Notes: generated from the sequence alone by a model not told the origin. Positions 1-9,168 are shown, counted from the stretch's first letter. The stretch: 64,000 bases of DNA from a virus (IMGVR_UViG_3300021961_000073:5076-69075); one strand, 5' to 3'. Program-made: numbers and translations.

Positions 1-381
1 AATGAAGTAGGAGGATTTTCTGAGCCTCATACACATGGTAGTGGTAATACATTTTTTACGGGAATATATTATCCAGCTGGAAATGAAGACGAAGATTTAG
101 ATCAATTTGATCATAATGATTATATTATTTCGTGGCAAACCGCTAGAAAAGATATGAACCTCGAAGGTTGCTTGCAAATTCATAGCCCAGGATTTTATGA
201 AAAGAAATTAATTAGACCTGATGTACAATATGATCACACCACTCTTTTTGATGCTAGGCTGATAGTTAAGCCTAGACAATCTATGGTTATAATGTTTCCT
301 GCTTACATGTCTCATATGGTTTTTCCAGTTAAGACCCAACTTCCCCGATACAGTATATCCTTTGCTGTAGACAGAATATAA
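1..381 (+). CDS. 2OG-Fe(II) oxygenase (TIGR02466-like), 5' partial
   Basis: Frame is open from base 1 into the 154..381 ORF: ...FSEPHTHG..FTGIYYP...MFPAYMSHMV...RYSISF gives HxH...H...RxS jelly-roll motifs. Confidence 0.75.
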   Translation, partial: NEVGGFSEPHTHGSGNTFFTGIYYPAGNEDEDLDQFDHNDYIISWQTARKDMNLEGCLQIHSPGFYEKKLIRPDVQYDHTTLFDARLIVKPRQSMVIMFPAYMSHMVFPVKTQLPRYSISFAVDRI

Positions 382-399
382 AAATTTCAAAAAAAATGA

Positions 400-438
400 A
401 TTTAGGGGGTTTACAAATGGGCTGTAAAGTGTTATATT
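400..438 (+). promoter_or_regulatory. Early sigma70-type promoter (TAGGGGG-TTTACA class)
   Basis: TTTACA 410-415, 17 bp spacer, TATATT 433-438, upstream A-tract; motif recurs at 1191, 3341 and 63010(-). Confidence 0.75.
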
Positions 439-462
439 ACTAGTATGAAAAAGGAAAAGAAA

Positions 463-582
463 ATGAACGATTCAATAGAATTTCAGCTCCGTCAGATAAA
501 AAAGAAGATCGAAGAACTTCAAGACGAATTAGATACTCTTTTCGAAGAGGAAGCTCAATTTCTAATGGAAAAGGATAGCTAA
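463..582 (+). CDS. Small acidic coiled-coil hypothetical protein (39 aa)
   Basis: AAGGA RBS, MNDSIEFQLRQIKKKIEELQDELD...; stop overlaps next ATG (TAATG); below ORF-track cutoff. Confidence 0.6.
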   Translation: MNDSIEFQLRQIKKKIEELQDELDTLFEEEAQFLMEKDS

Positions 583-761
583 TGAAACTATACCTTATCG
601 AATCTACTAACCTTAAATGGGGGAATACCTTTACCCTTAGTGAAAGGTTTACTACAAGGGCAAAGGCAAAGGCCTATATAAAGAAGCTAGAAGATAATGA
701 GTATTATACCGAACTCCCATGGGATTTCGAACATAAAATAATCTCAGAGGAGATTTCATAA
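582..761 (+). CDS. Hypothetical protein (59 aa)
   Basis: MKLYLIESTNLKWG...EEIS; translationally coupled on both sides. Confidence 0.6.
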   Translation: MKLYLIESTNLKWGNTFTLSERFTTRAKAKAYIKKLEDNEYYTELPWDFEHKIISEEIS

Positions 762-1148
762 ATGGGATTAGCTGGTAGCAAGACAGAAGATAACCTAAGG
801 GAGGCTTTTGCTAATGAAAGCCAAGACCACCGGTTGTTTTTGTATTATGCACAAATAGCTGAATTTGAAGGCTATCATGATGCAGCAGCAGCTTTGAGGG
901 CAACTGCTGAAGCAGAATCGGGTCATGCCCACGGACATCTCGAATACCTTGAGAGTGATCAAACCTCAGAGAATTTAAAAATTGCTATTGACAGAGAAAC
1001 CAATAGCTATGCTAATGTGTATCCTGCTATGGCTCGCACTGCTCGTGAAGAAGGATTTGATGATATAGCTGAATGGTTTGAGATGCTAACAAAGGCCGAA
1101 AACTATCATCTGAGCCGTTTAAAGAAGGCTTTAGAAAGGATTATCTAA
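762..1148 (+). CDS. Short rubrerythrin/erythrin (ferritin-like diiron protein, no rubredoxin domain)
   Basis: KTEDNLREAFANES...AEAESGHA...YPAMARTAREEGFDDIAEWF..L.KAENYH is the typical rubrerythrin signature. Confidence 0.9.
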   Translation: MGLAGSKTEDNLREAFANESQDHRLFLYYAQIAEFEGYHDAAAALRATAEAESGHAHGHLEYLESDQTSENLKIAIDRETNSYANVYPAMARTAREEGFDDIAEWFEMLTKAENYHLSRLKKALERII

Positions 1149-1190
1149 TTTTTTTCAAAAAAAATGAAAAAAAAATGAACTTTTTTCCAT

Positions 1191-1227
1191 TTAGGGGGTT
1201 TACATTTTAATAGAAAACCATTATATT
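1191..1227 (+). promoter_or_regulatory. Early sigma70-type promoter
   Basis: TAGGGGG then TTTACA 1199-1204, 17 bp spacer, TATATT 1222-1227. Confidence 0.75.
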
Positions 1228-1261
1228 AATAATGTAAACAAAGGAAAAGGAATACACACAG

Positions 1262-1522
1262 ATGACAAGCTTTACTTCAATCCTCGATATGAACGAAGTT
1301 GATGAACTCCCTCCAGCTGATTCGAAGATCGTATATCAGTATTACGATGATGAATTAGGACATTGCGAAGTTTCCAGCTTCCTTGGAGATGGTTCTGAAA
1401 AAGACGTCATCCGCACAGTTGATACGTTACGCACTCTTGCAAATGATGATCATCACATCTTCATAGAAGGGTTTAGGCAGCGTGACGAAGACCGCGCATA
1501 CTGTGTAATCTTAGGTTCTTAA
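1262..1522 (+). CDS. Hypothetical early protein
   Basis: ORF downstream of promoter with AAGGA RBS. Confidence 0.6.
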   Translation: MTSFTSILDMNEVDELPPADSKIVYQYYDDELGHCEVSSFLGDGSEKDVIRTVDTLRTLANDDHHIFIEGFRQRDEDRAYCVILGS

Positions 1523-1531
1523 GGATATAAT

Positions 1532-2086
1532 ATGAATACAAAAATCTATCTCGATATGGATGGAGTCATAGCAGACTTCTTCGGTGGTCTTGAGAAACGC
1601 TTCGAGGTTCTTCATTGGAAAGAGATCTCCAACATAGAGAGAGCTCTTGATACCATTAAAGGTACAAACTTTTTCTATAAGCTGGATCAATTCATAGATT
1701 ATGATGCTGATAGTAGTATCAAGATATACAAATCCACTGAGTTAGTAAGATTTGTAAAATCACTAGCTGGAGACGATTGGGGCATTTGCTCTTCTCCGCT
1801 CAGAGGAGATAGTTACAATTCTGCATACTGGAAACGTAGATGGTTAGAAGATAATCGGATGATGCCGGTTGTTCAGAATTGCATATTCACTTCAAATAAA
1901 GAAAAATATGCTATGGACAAAGTTACTGGTACTCCGAATATCTTAATCGACGATAAGAAGTCGAATATCATGAAATGGAAAGCAGCAGGAGGTGTTGGTA
2001 TTCAGTATCAAGCAAATGAAAACGATCTCTTCGACTATCTGTTACCGGAGATTGAATTTCAATATAATGAACTCCAGAAGGGATAA
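1532..2086 (+). CDS. HAD-superfamily 5'(3')-deoxyribonucleotidase (NT5C-like)
   Basis: IYLDMDGVIADF (DxDG), ICSSP, K..W, ILIDD...N...W...GG motifs. Confidence 0.85.
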   Translation: MNTKIYLDMDGVIADFFGGLEKRFEVLHWKEISNIERALDTIKGTNFFYKLDQFIDYDADSSIKIYKSTELVRFVKSLAGDDWGICSSPLRGDSYNSAYWKRRWLEDNRMMPVVQNCIFTSNKEKYAMDKVTGTPNILIDDKKSNIMKWKAAGGVGIQYQANENDLFDYLLPEIEFQYNELQKG

Positions 2087-2088
2087 AA

Positions 2089-3300
2089 ATGAAATCTCCT
2101 TTAGAAGGTATAGTGGTTCTTGATTTTAGCCAAGTACTGGCTGGCCCTTGGGCAGGGTTAATGCTTGCAGATCTCGGTGCAAGGGTTATCAAGATAGAAG
2201 ATCCAAATGGTGGTGAATATGCTCGTCGCCACAACTTGCTGACGGATGGTTCGGGAGAATCAGCTTATTATTTAGCTTATAACCGAAACAAAGAGAGCTT
2301 GGCTCTTGATATTAGAACTAAAGCTGGACAAGAGGCAGCACGACGCCTTGCAGCCAAAGCTGACATTGTGCTTGAAAATTTTAGAGCTGATGTGATGACT
2401 AGGCATGGCCTTGGTTATGAAGATCTTAAAAAAGTCAATGAAGGCATAATTTACTGTTCTATGACTGGATACGGTCACGCTAGTCCAAATAAAATGGTTG
2501 CTGGTTACGATCCAATTGCTCAAGCTGAAAGCGGCATGATGTGGATGCAGGGCGAACCAGACAGACCACCGCTTCGAACTGGTGTCTCCTATGGAGATAT
2601 GTTTACTGGTATGTTTGCCTGTCAAGCAATTTTAGGAGCATTAATTGCCCGAACACGAGACGGTGGGCAAGGTCAACATGTTGATATAGCTCTCTTAGAT
2701 AGTACTGTTGCGGTTGGTGGTAACTACGCCCAGCACGCTTTGCTTACAGGTATAAGTCCGATGCGTTACGGGAATGAACATCCATTCTCAGAACCACTTG
2801 GAACCTATGAATGCAAAGACGGTTTACTTACTTTGATTGCTTCGGCTGAAAACCAGTGGGAGCGGTTCTGTAGAGACGGTCTAGAGAGACCTGACTTACT
2901 AGATGATCCGAAGCTAAAGGGTGTTGAAAATCGTGTTGCCAACAGAGAGCATACACGTAAAATGATTACAGACGTCTTAAAACAAAAAACAAGGGCGGAA
3001 TGGGTCACCAAATTACGCTCAGCTGGATTGGCTGTTGGTGTCATACGTGATTTTGTCGAAGCCCTTTCAGCACCAGAACTTAGAGCTAGGGGCATGGTTC
3101 AAACCACGACCCACAAACGGCTAGGAAACATAGAACATGTTGCTAGTCCGATGCGGCTGTCTCGTACGCCTACGGTGCCAGTGACCTCAGGTGCTTTGTT
3201 AGGAGAGCATAGTCGAGAATGTCTAGTCTGGGCTGGTTATTCGGAAGACGAGATCGAAACACTAATCCAAGAAGGCATAACAATAGAAACTAAGGAATAA
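2089..3300 (+). CDS. Family III (CaiB/BaiF) CoA-transferase
   Basis: PLEGIVVLDFSQVLAGP...LADLGARVIKIE, NRNKES, ADIVLENFR, GYDPIAQAESG (catalytic Asp), LLGEHS. Confidence 0.93.
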   Translation: MKSPLEGIVVLDFSQVLAGPWAGLMLADLGARVIKIEDPNGGEYARRHNLLTDGSGESAYYLAYNRNKESLALDIRTKAGQEAARRLAAKADIVLENFRADVMTRHGLGYEDLKKVNEGIIYCSMTGYGHASPNKMVAGYDPIAQAESGMMWMQGEPDRPPLRTGVSYGDMFTGMFACQAILGALIARTRDGGQGQHVDIALLDSTVAVGGNYAQHALLTGISPMRYGNEHPFSEPLGTYECKDGLLTLIASAENQWERFCRDGLERPDLLDDPKLKGVENRVANREHTRKMITDVLKQKTRAEWVTKLRSAGLAVGVIRDFVEALSAPELRARGMVQTTTHKRLGNIEHVASPMRLSRTPTVPVTSGALLGEHSRECLVWAGYSEDEIETLIQEGITIETKE

Positions 3301-3307
3301 TTTTATG

Positions 3308-3377
3308 AAAAAAATGCAATTTATCTGCATTTTTTTTCTCTAGGGGGGTTTAAATCCTGCTCTAGAACCATTATATC
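3308..3377 (+). promoter_or_regulatory. Stem-loop plus early promoter cassette
   Basis: Inverted repeat AAAAAAATGCA 3308-3318 / TGCATTTTTTT 3326-3336, then TAGGGGGG-TTTAAA 3349-3354, 17 bp, TATATC. Confidence 0.6.
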
Positions 3378-3405
3378 TATATTATCAACAAGAAAGATAT
3401 CGGAT

Positions 3406-3585
3406 ATGACAAAGGCAAACCCACTTAAAAATAAGTACGATGTAACTTCCGAAGTAGCTCGTATCGGGTTTCTTCGTCAGTATCTAATCTCAGAGGGCCT
3501 AGACGCTGAAGGGGTCTACGGACTTACTTTGGAAGAAATGGACATGGCTTATCGATTGCTCAATACAAAAAACGTTGCAGCTTAA
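3406..3585 (+). CDS. Hypothetical protein (59 aa)
   Basis: MTKANPLKNKYDV...KNVAA, first ORF after the promoter; not in ORF track. Confidence 0.55.
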   Translation: MTKANPLKNKYDVTSEVARIGFLRQYLISEGLDAEGVYGLTLEEMDMAYRLLNTKNVAA

Positions 3586-3595
3586 GGAGAAGCTT

Positions 3596-3865
3596 ATGGT
3601 TATGTTAACAACCTATGAAGAGCGTATCGCCTATATCAAAAGCATTGCTGAGCGTCAAGCTCGTATGCGGCGTCTGAAAGAAAAGGGGCGTATTGCTATG
3701 AGGTGGACGGATGAGGAAGAGCCTCGTTCACGTCGGAAGAATCTTACTGCTCAGTATGATAGTGGAGAATCTGAAATCCATTACACTGATGCTAGTAAGT
3801 ACGCTAAGCAATATTATGGTGATGTTGCTTACCACACAACCAAATTTGACAACGATTGGGATTAG
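3596..3865 (+). CDS. Hypothetical protein
   Basis: AGGAG RBS favours ATG 3596 over the track start 3575. Confidence 0.6.
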   Translation: MVMLTTYEERIAYIKSIAERQARMRRLKEKGRIAMRWTDEEEPRSRRKNLTAQYDSGESEIHYTDASKYAKQYYGDVAYHTTKFDNDWD

Positions 3866-3901
3866 GTGATTATTATGATGGAAACTATTGGACAGGAGAT
3901 C

Positions 3902-4162
3902 ATGCTAATGGATATTGAAGAAATGCGCGAAAAGCTCCGCTCTGGTTCACACCAAGTGGTATTCACAAAAGTTGATGGTACAGAACGTAAGATGACCTGC
4001 ACCTTGGATGAATCGTTTATCCCTCAAGCCTTCTGGCCTAAATCCGAAGGTGAGAAACGTAGGAAAACGGCTGCAACGCCAGCTAATCTTCTACAGGTAT
4101 TCGATATTGAAAATCAAGGTTGGAGGTCCTTCCGTTTCGAGAACGTAATATCCTTTGCATAA
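3902..4162 (+). CDS. SH3/Sm-like (WYL_2/DUF2693-type) protein
   Basis: VVFTKVDGTERKMTCTL...VFDIENQGWRSFR; AGGAG RBS before ATG 3902. Confidence 0.75.
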   Translation: MLMDIEEMREKLRSGSHQVVFTKVDGTERKMTCTLDESFIPQAFWPKSEGEKRRKTAATPANLLQVFDIENQGWRSFRFENVISFA

Positions 4163-4183
4163 ATAAAGACAAAAGGAGTGCCT

Positions 4184-4387
4184 ATGTACATCGAACCATG
4201 GATAGTAAATCTGCTCTGGGCGTTCTGTTTTACAGGTACCGGTATCCTTATCGGCTTCTATAAAAATAGAAATGACCACGAACAGATAGTAGAGACAACT
4301 CTAGACTACCTGGTTGATCATGGCTACGTTCTCACTAGGTCGGGTCCAGACGGATTAGAGCTGGTTAAGTTAGTCGAGAAAAAGTGA
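4184..4387 (+). CDS. Small membrane protein
   Basis: N-terminal hydrophobic helix; AAGGAG RBS. Confidence 0.6.
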   Translation: MYIEPWIVNLLWAFCFTGTGILIGFYKNRNDHEQIVETTLDYLVDHGYVLTRSGPDGLELVKLVEKK

Positions 4388-4416
4388 TTTACATCTGCAA
4401 CCAACTATGGTAGAAT
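4388..4416 (+). promoter_or_regulatory. Sigma70-type promoter
   Basis: TTTACA 4388-4393, 17 bp spacer, TG-G-TAGAAT 4411-4416. Confidence 0.65.
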
Positions 4417-4439
4417 GATATCCATAAACATGGAGATAT

Positions 4440-5570
4440 ATGATGGCAGGTAGAAAAATCAGTCTTAAGCCTCGAGCTAAGAAAGCCCCAACTGTACGTC
4501 GATTTAAAACTGGTGTAGAAGCAGCACCTGTCGACTACGGCTTTCGCTGGTTCAAAGAATACTTCCGTCTGGACCTAGACCGTAAGGATGTCTCTAGGAT
4601 CCTTAAAGATTATATTAAAGACAATTATAAAGGCGAAGAAAGATCCTTGCTGCTTTCTGCTCCCGATCATTGGTACACTGGTCGAGGTGAAGTTGCTGCG
4701 AGTATCATGTGGCGCAAGAAGGGTATGGACTTCCCAGACAATTGGGATCCACAACGGCACGTAAATTATTATATCGATCAGGTCCGTCACGCAGCTTTAA
4801 CTAAAGCCCAAAAAGATGAAGATCCTGATAAAGAGATGATAGTACCTACTGTTAGTCCTATGGAAAGAGTCCAGAGAAAGACTGATAGCTTCATTAGTAA
4901 AATTGACGAATATCTCGATACGTGGGAAGAGCGTGAAGGCTTTAGTATGTTTAATGAGATGACTAAAGAAGGTCTAAGCAGCTTTAGTGCCTCTGCAGTT
5001 CTTGCATACTACAAGCGGATCTTTGTCGAGCTTAGAGAGTTGATTGATAAAAAGACTCCTGAACTCGTCGAAGCTTATTCACATTGGTCTGTACCTCAGC
5101 GTAAGAAATACTTTGCATTCGTTTCATCTATAGTTTCTGACGCTGACAAATATGTTCTATCCAAAAAGGCTCAACGTAGACCTAGTAAACCACGTGTCAA
5201 GTCTGCAGATAAACAAGTAGCTAAATTGAATTTTGCAAAAGACTCTGCAGAGTTTAAGCTTACATCTATCGATCCTACAAAAATCATCGGAGCACAAAGA
5301 CTATATACTTTTCATGTAAAGGAAAGAATAGTAACAGAGTTTGTAACCAATAGTGGTAACGGCTTCGAGATCAGTGGTTCGACACTTAAGAATTTCGCTA
5401 CTGAAAGATCTAGATCCATTCGATTGCGTAAGCCCGAGGATACTCTAGTTATCTTCCTTAGAAAGACGACTGCTCAGATTGATAAAGAGTGGTCAGAACT
5501 TACAACTAAGACGACTACTCCAAATGGTCGTATCAATAAGGACATGATCCTTCTGAGGGTAATCGAATGA
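4440..5570 (+). CDS. Conserved hypothetical protein upstream of gp33
   Basis: 376-aa ORF with GGAG RBS; basic C-terminal domain ending PNGRINKDMILL; position recalled from marine T4-like phages. Confidence 0.6.
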   Translation: MMAGRKISLKPRAKKAPTVRRFKTGVEAAPVDYGFRWFKEYFRLDLDRKDVSRILKDYIKDNYKGEERSLLLSAPDHWYTGRGEVAASIMWRKKGMDFPDNWDPQRHVNYYIDQVRHAALTKAQKDEDPDKEMIVPTVSPMERVQRKTDSFISKIDEYLDTWEEREGFSMFNEMTKEGLSSFSASAVLAYYKRIFVELRELIDKKTPELVEAYSHWSVPQRKKYFAFVSSIVSDADKYVLSKKAQRRPSKPRVKSADKQVAKLNFAKDSAEFKLTSIDPTKIIGAQRLYTFHVKERIVTEFVTNSGNGFEISGSTLKNFATERSRSIRLRKPEDTLVIFLRKTTAQIDKEWSELTTKTTTPNGRINKDMILLRVIE

Positions 5571-5791
5571 CAGACTTCTTAACTAAATCCGAGTTTACTA
5601 AACTCGTTGAACGCAACGTGCTAGATAAACACATGAGTTATCTAGAGGCTATATTGTATATCTGTGATGAAAATGGAATCGACCCAGAAGATTCTAAGAA
5701 ATTCATCTCAGCTCCAATCCAAGAGAAGCTCGAAGGTGAAGCTATGAAACTAAATCTCATACCTAAAGGTGGGACATTAGACTTTGACTGA
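5567..5791 (+). CDS. gp33: Late-transcription coactivator gp33
   Basis: F...VE......MSYLEAIL..CDENGIDPE...K.IS..I.EKLE.EAMKLNL; synteny near gp32. Confidence 0.85.
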   Translation: MTDFLTKSEFTKLVERNVLDKHMSYLEAILYICDENGIDPEDSKKFISAPIQEKLEGEAMKLNLIPKGGTLDFD

Positions 5792-6308
5792 GGATCCTTT
5801 CGTAGAGGAAATATTCACTTTAGATGAATTGGAAGAATTTAAATTCCTGGCAGAATCCGAAAACTGGAAACCTGCTGAGGGTTATAGTGGTCAAGATGAA
5901 TCATTCAGGAAATCAGATATAAAAAAACTTAATCATCTCTGGTTTCCTGATTTCAGCCGTAGGTTGATAGAAGCTTCCAGACTAAAAGATCGTAATTTAA
6001 TAGTACGTGAATTTCATTTTCTAAGATATCAAAAGGGTGATTACATCAACGGTCATGTTGACAGACCATCAGCAATTTTTGATACTAATAGGATAGTTTC
6101 AACTGTTACTTTAATCCATGAAAGTGAAGATATAAAAGGGGGAATCTTCGAGATACAAGATAAAGGCAGTGGCAGATGGAACCCAGTCCTACTCAAAAAG
6201 GGCCAGACACTATTCTTTGATTCGGCAAAAACCATACACCGGGTCACAGAACTTCTAAGCGGTGAACGATTCAGTCTTATCGCTTGGATCCATAAACCGT
6301 ATAAATAG
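5784..6308 (+). CDS. 2OG-Fe(II) oxygenase (prolyl-hydroxylase-like)
   Basis: LRYQKGDYINGHVD...GG.F...HRVT....GERFSLIAW. Confidence 0.85.
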   Translation: MTEDPFVEEIFTLDELEEFKFLAESENWKPAEGYSGQDESFRKSDIKKLNHLWFPDFSRRLIEASRLKDRNLIVREFHFLRYQKGDYINGHVDRPSAIFDTNRIVSTVTLIHESEDIKGGIFEIQDKGSGRWNPVLLKKGQTLFFDSAKTIHRVTELLSGERFSLIAWIHKPYK

Positions 6309-6338
6309 GTGTACTATACATTGTTTATATGGTAGAAT
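6300..6338 (+). promoter_or_regulatory. Late promoter (TATAAATA) plus sigma70-like promoter for gp32
   Basis: TATAAATA 6300-6307; TG-G-TAGAAT with -10 at 6333-6338. Confidence 0.65.
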
Positions 6339-6376
6339 ACTTCAGTTAACATTTCAGCAATATAAGGAAACATACA

Positions 6377-7270
6377 ATGTCTTTTGCAAATCTAAAACGT
6401 AACCGCGGACAAATCGAAAAGCTCGTATCTGCTGCCGAAGGAATCTCAGGCAGCACTAGCAACAACTCCTACAAAGATGATCGGATGTGGAAGCCTACCC
6501 AAGATAAAATGGGTAATGGATACGCTGTTGTTCGATTCTTGCCTGCAGGTGAAGGTCAAGATCTTCCATGGGTACGCTACTGGGATCACGGGTTTAAAGG
6601 CCCAACTGGTAAGTGGTACATCGAACGTTCCCTGACCTCAATTGGTAAAGAGGATCCGGTCGGTGAGATGAACTCTCGCCTATGGAATACAGGTAATGAT
6701 GTAGACAAAGAACAAGCACGTGATCAAAAACGTCGTCTACATTATGTGTCGAACGTGCTGGTTATTTCGGATCCAGCTAATCCTGACAACGAAGGTCGTG
6801 TCTTCATGTATCAGTACGGTAAGAAGATCTTCGATAAGATCATGGATATGATGCAACCTCAGTTCCAGGACGAAGCACCAGTTAATCCATTTGATTTCTG
6901 GGAAGGTGCTAACTTTAAGATCAAGATCCGCAAAGTCGACGGTTGGGTAAACTACGACAAATCAGAGTTTGATTCACAGAGTGAGTTATACGATGGTGAT
7001 GATGCAAAGCTTGAATCAGTATACAATGCTATGCATGATCTTGGTGAGTTTACTGATGCTAAGAACTATAAGCCATACGCTGAACTGAAAGCGAAGTTGG
7101 ATTCGGTACTTGGTACTGCTCCTTCTATTCGTGAAGAGATCTCATTGGGTGAAGAAGCACCAGCTCCTCAACTTCGTGAGATGCCAGCTCAGAGTATCGA
7201 AGAAGCCTCGAATGATGATGAGGATGAAGACGATACGATGAAGTATTTCGCTCAGTTAGCTAATAGTTAA
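6377..7270 (+). CDS. gp32: Single-stranded DNA-binding protein gp32
   Basis: DDRMWKPT.DK.GNGYAVVRFLP, HGFKGP.GKWYIE, YGKKIFDKI, NYDKSEF, acidic C-tail. Confidence 0.95.
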   Translation: MSFANLKRNRGQIEKLVSAAEGISGSTSNNSYKDDRMWKPTQDKMGNGYAVVRFLPAGEGQDLPWVRYWDHGFKGPTGKWYIERSLTSIGKEDPVGEMNSRLWNTGNDVDKEQARDQKRRLHYVSNVLVISDPANPDNEGRVFMYQYGKKIFDKIMDMMQPQFQDEAPVNPFDFWEGANFKIKIRKVDGWVNYDKSEFDSQSELYDGDDAKLESVYNAMHDLGEFTDAKNYKPYAELKAKLDSVLGTAPSIREEISLGEEAPAPQLREMPAQSIEEASNDDEDEDDTMKYFAQLANS

Positions 7271-9168
7271 AGATAAGATAGCCCAGGAGTCCCAAGACCA
7301 TATTGATCTATGGTACTGGGACTCCCTTGGGATACATTTATACTTTGATTCGTTGTATTACCAGAAATTTTTCTATTATCAACAGAAACTGGAGCGATAT
7401 TAACACTTCCAGCGGCTCTTCTTGCATTTTGTTGTTCAGTTAGCAATTCACCCATGTCTATATTATTTAAGCCTTGTTGTCTTAATAAGTAGGATCTATT
7501 AACAGCACCTTGTATATCCTCTCCCTTATTAACACCAACGGTTTCCCCTAAATCGAACCCGTTAGGACTAATAGACGTTTTCTTTTCAGGTGTACGAAGC
7601 GCCGGTCTAGGTTTCTTAAGAAATTCTTCGATAATAGCTTTATTTTTTGGATCATTTAACATCTTTGAAAAAGCTGCTTGATTATCCATTAAAAGCCTTC
7701 TATCAACTTGTCCTACTAAATTTTGTATCTCAAGCTGTTTGCTAAGAATATCGTCCACGGTTTTTAAATCTGGATATTTTGCCATTACAGCATCAATATA
7801 ATCTTGGATTTTAAGTGATTGAAATGCTTTAACTGCCCGTGGACCTATATCTTGAGGCGTACCTGTTTTACGTAAAAGTTCTGTTAATTGATCAATCTTA
7901 GCTTGAACACTGTCTAGATCTTTAGGATTCATTTTACCAGAATCTCTGTACTCTTTTAATGCTTGAACTGCATTATCAACTTGAATTCTCTCGCGGTCAG
8001 TTAGTTTATTTGGATCCCCACCCGATTTAAATAATATATCTTCTGCTATTTCAAGCGCTTTAGCTCTATTTTCAATCTCACTTTTCCTCAAATAATCTAA
8101 AACTATATTACCTAGTCCTATCATCATTCCTGCAATGGCGCCAACGATTAATCCCTTTGGCCCGAACATGCTTCCAATTGCCATACCACCAGTGGTCCAT
8201 TGAGCCCATTCAGATACATTATCTTTAGTTGCTTGATCGCCTCCTACAGCTTCACCGAGATAAGCACCTACGGCTGTACCCATAGCAAGTAATGCTGCAG
8301 CATTTAAAAATCTACTACCAAATCCCGTCAGGAAACTGTCTCGAAGAGGTTTCTTTAGCTTTTTAAATCGACCTTTCTCATCTCTTCCTACCTTAGCATC
8401 TTTAAAAGCTAATTCTTGACCACCCAATCCTTTAGTCAGAGCACCATAGATTAAAGCTGGACCGAAGAAGGCTGCTACAGTTGTACCTAATGTAATTAAG
8501 TCTTCGTTGGTAATATCATACTTAATATCATCAGTGAGATTAATTGTGCCTAGTTTTTTCTCTAATGACTCTTTAGACAAAGTAGAACTAATGGCTTTGG
8601 ATATTAAATCTCCTAGGAAGACCGCAATACCAAATTTCTTACCAAATATACTTGCTACAATACCTTTTACTAAAGCCCCATTGATATCCGAAGCTAGACC
8701 CTTCATCTCAGTATCATTTAGATTAAAGATATCATCGACACTTAAACCTTTTAACGCTGATTCGATAATCTGTTCACCGAAAAGACCTACGATTCCTGCT
8801 AATGCACCACGACCTAGAGCTTTGCCCATCCCTCTCGCGAGCGCTCTCGAAAGGGCCGCTCCACCGATGCCTAATCCAAGCCCAGCAAGCAGTTTATTAA
8901 CATCTTCTAATCCTGTGCCTTCAAAAAGGCCTTTTTTAAGTGATGAACCGATACTACCTTTACCTTCACCTCCGTATCTCATTATTTGAGATTTAAGGCT
9001 TTGGTTCTGCTTTCTTTTGGCCTCTAGATCATCGAGCTTTTCTTGTTTTTTAGATCTGGCATCTCTTAACAATTGGGCCTTTACAGCAGCAAAATTCTGC
9101 GTCTGAGCTTTTAGCTGAGAGTTAGTATCTTGTAGTTCTTTGACTACGTCTTCTAATGTTACTGCCAT
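7267..9168 (-). CDS. Probable tail tape measure / baseplate hub protein (gp29-like)
   Basis: 633 aa, helical Ala/Gly-rich with hydrophobic segments; lies directly downstream of gp26/gp51. Confidence 0.6.
   Translation of the reverse strand: MAVTLEDVVKELQDTNSQLKAQTQNFAAVKAQLLRDARSKKQEKLDDLEAKRKQNQSLKSQIMRYGGEGKGSIGSSLKKGLFEGTGLEDVNKLLAGLGLGIGGAALSRALARGMGKALGRGALAGIVGLFGEQIIESALKGLSVDDIFNLNDTEMKGLASDINGALVKGIVASIFGKKFGIAVFLGDLISKAISSTLSKESLEKKLGTINLTDDIKYDITNEDLITLGTTVAAFFGPALIYGALTKGLGGQELAFKDAKVGRDEKGRFKKLKKPLRDSFLTGFGSRFLNAAALLAMGTAVGAYLGEAVGGDQATKDNVSEWAQWTTGGMAIGSMFGPKGLIVGAIAGMMIGLGNIVLDYLRKSEIENRAKALEIAEDILFKSGGDPNKLTDRERIQVDNAVQALKEYRDSGKMNPKDLDSVQAKIDQLTELLRKTGTPQDIGPRAVKAFQSLKIQDYIDAVMAKYPDLKTVDDILSKQLEIQNLVGQVDRRLLMDNQAAFSKMLNDPKNKAIIEEFLKKPRPALRTPEKKTSISPNGFDLGETVGVNKGEDIQGAVNRSYLLRQQGLNNIDMGELLTEQQNARRAAGSVNIAPVSVDNRKISGNTTNQSINVSQGSPSTIDQYGLGTPGLSYL

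Noticed and set aside
2089-3300. CoA-transferase as the DMSP lyase DddD
   Set aside because: DddD is a roughly double-length, two-domain protein; this is a single 403-aa unit and its substrate cannot be assigned.
3406-3585. C-terminal VAA as a ClpXP degron mimic
   Set aside because: Only a three-residue match, too weak to support.
8507-8989. 160-aa plus-strand ORF and the many other antisense or alternate-frame ORFs inside core genes (e.g. 58015-58467, 49696-50139, 62007-62399)
   Set aside because: Shadow frames of well-supported genes with no recognisable motifs or RBS.
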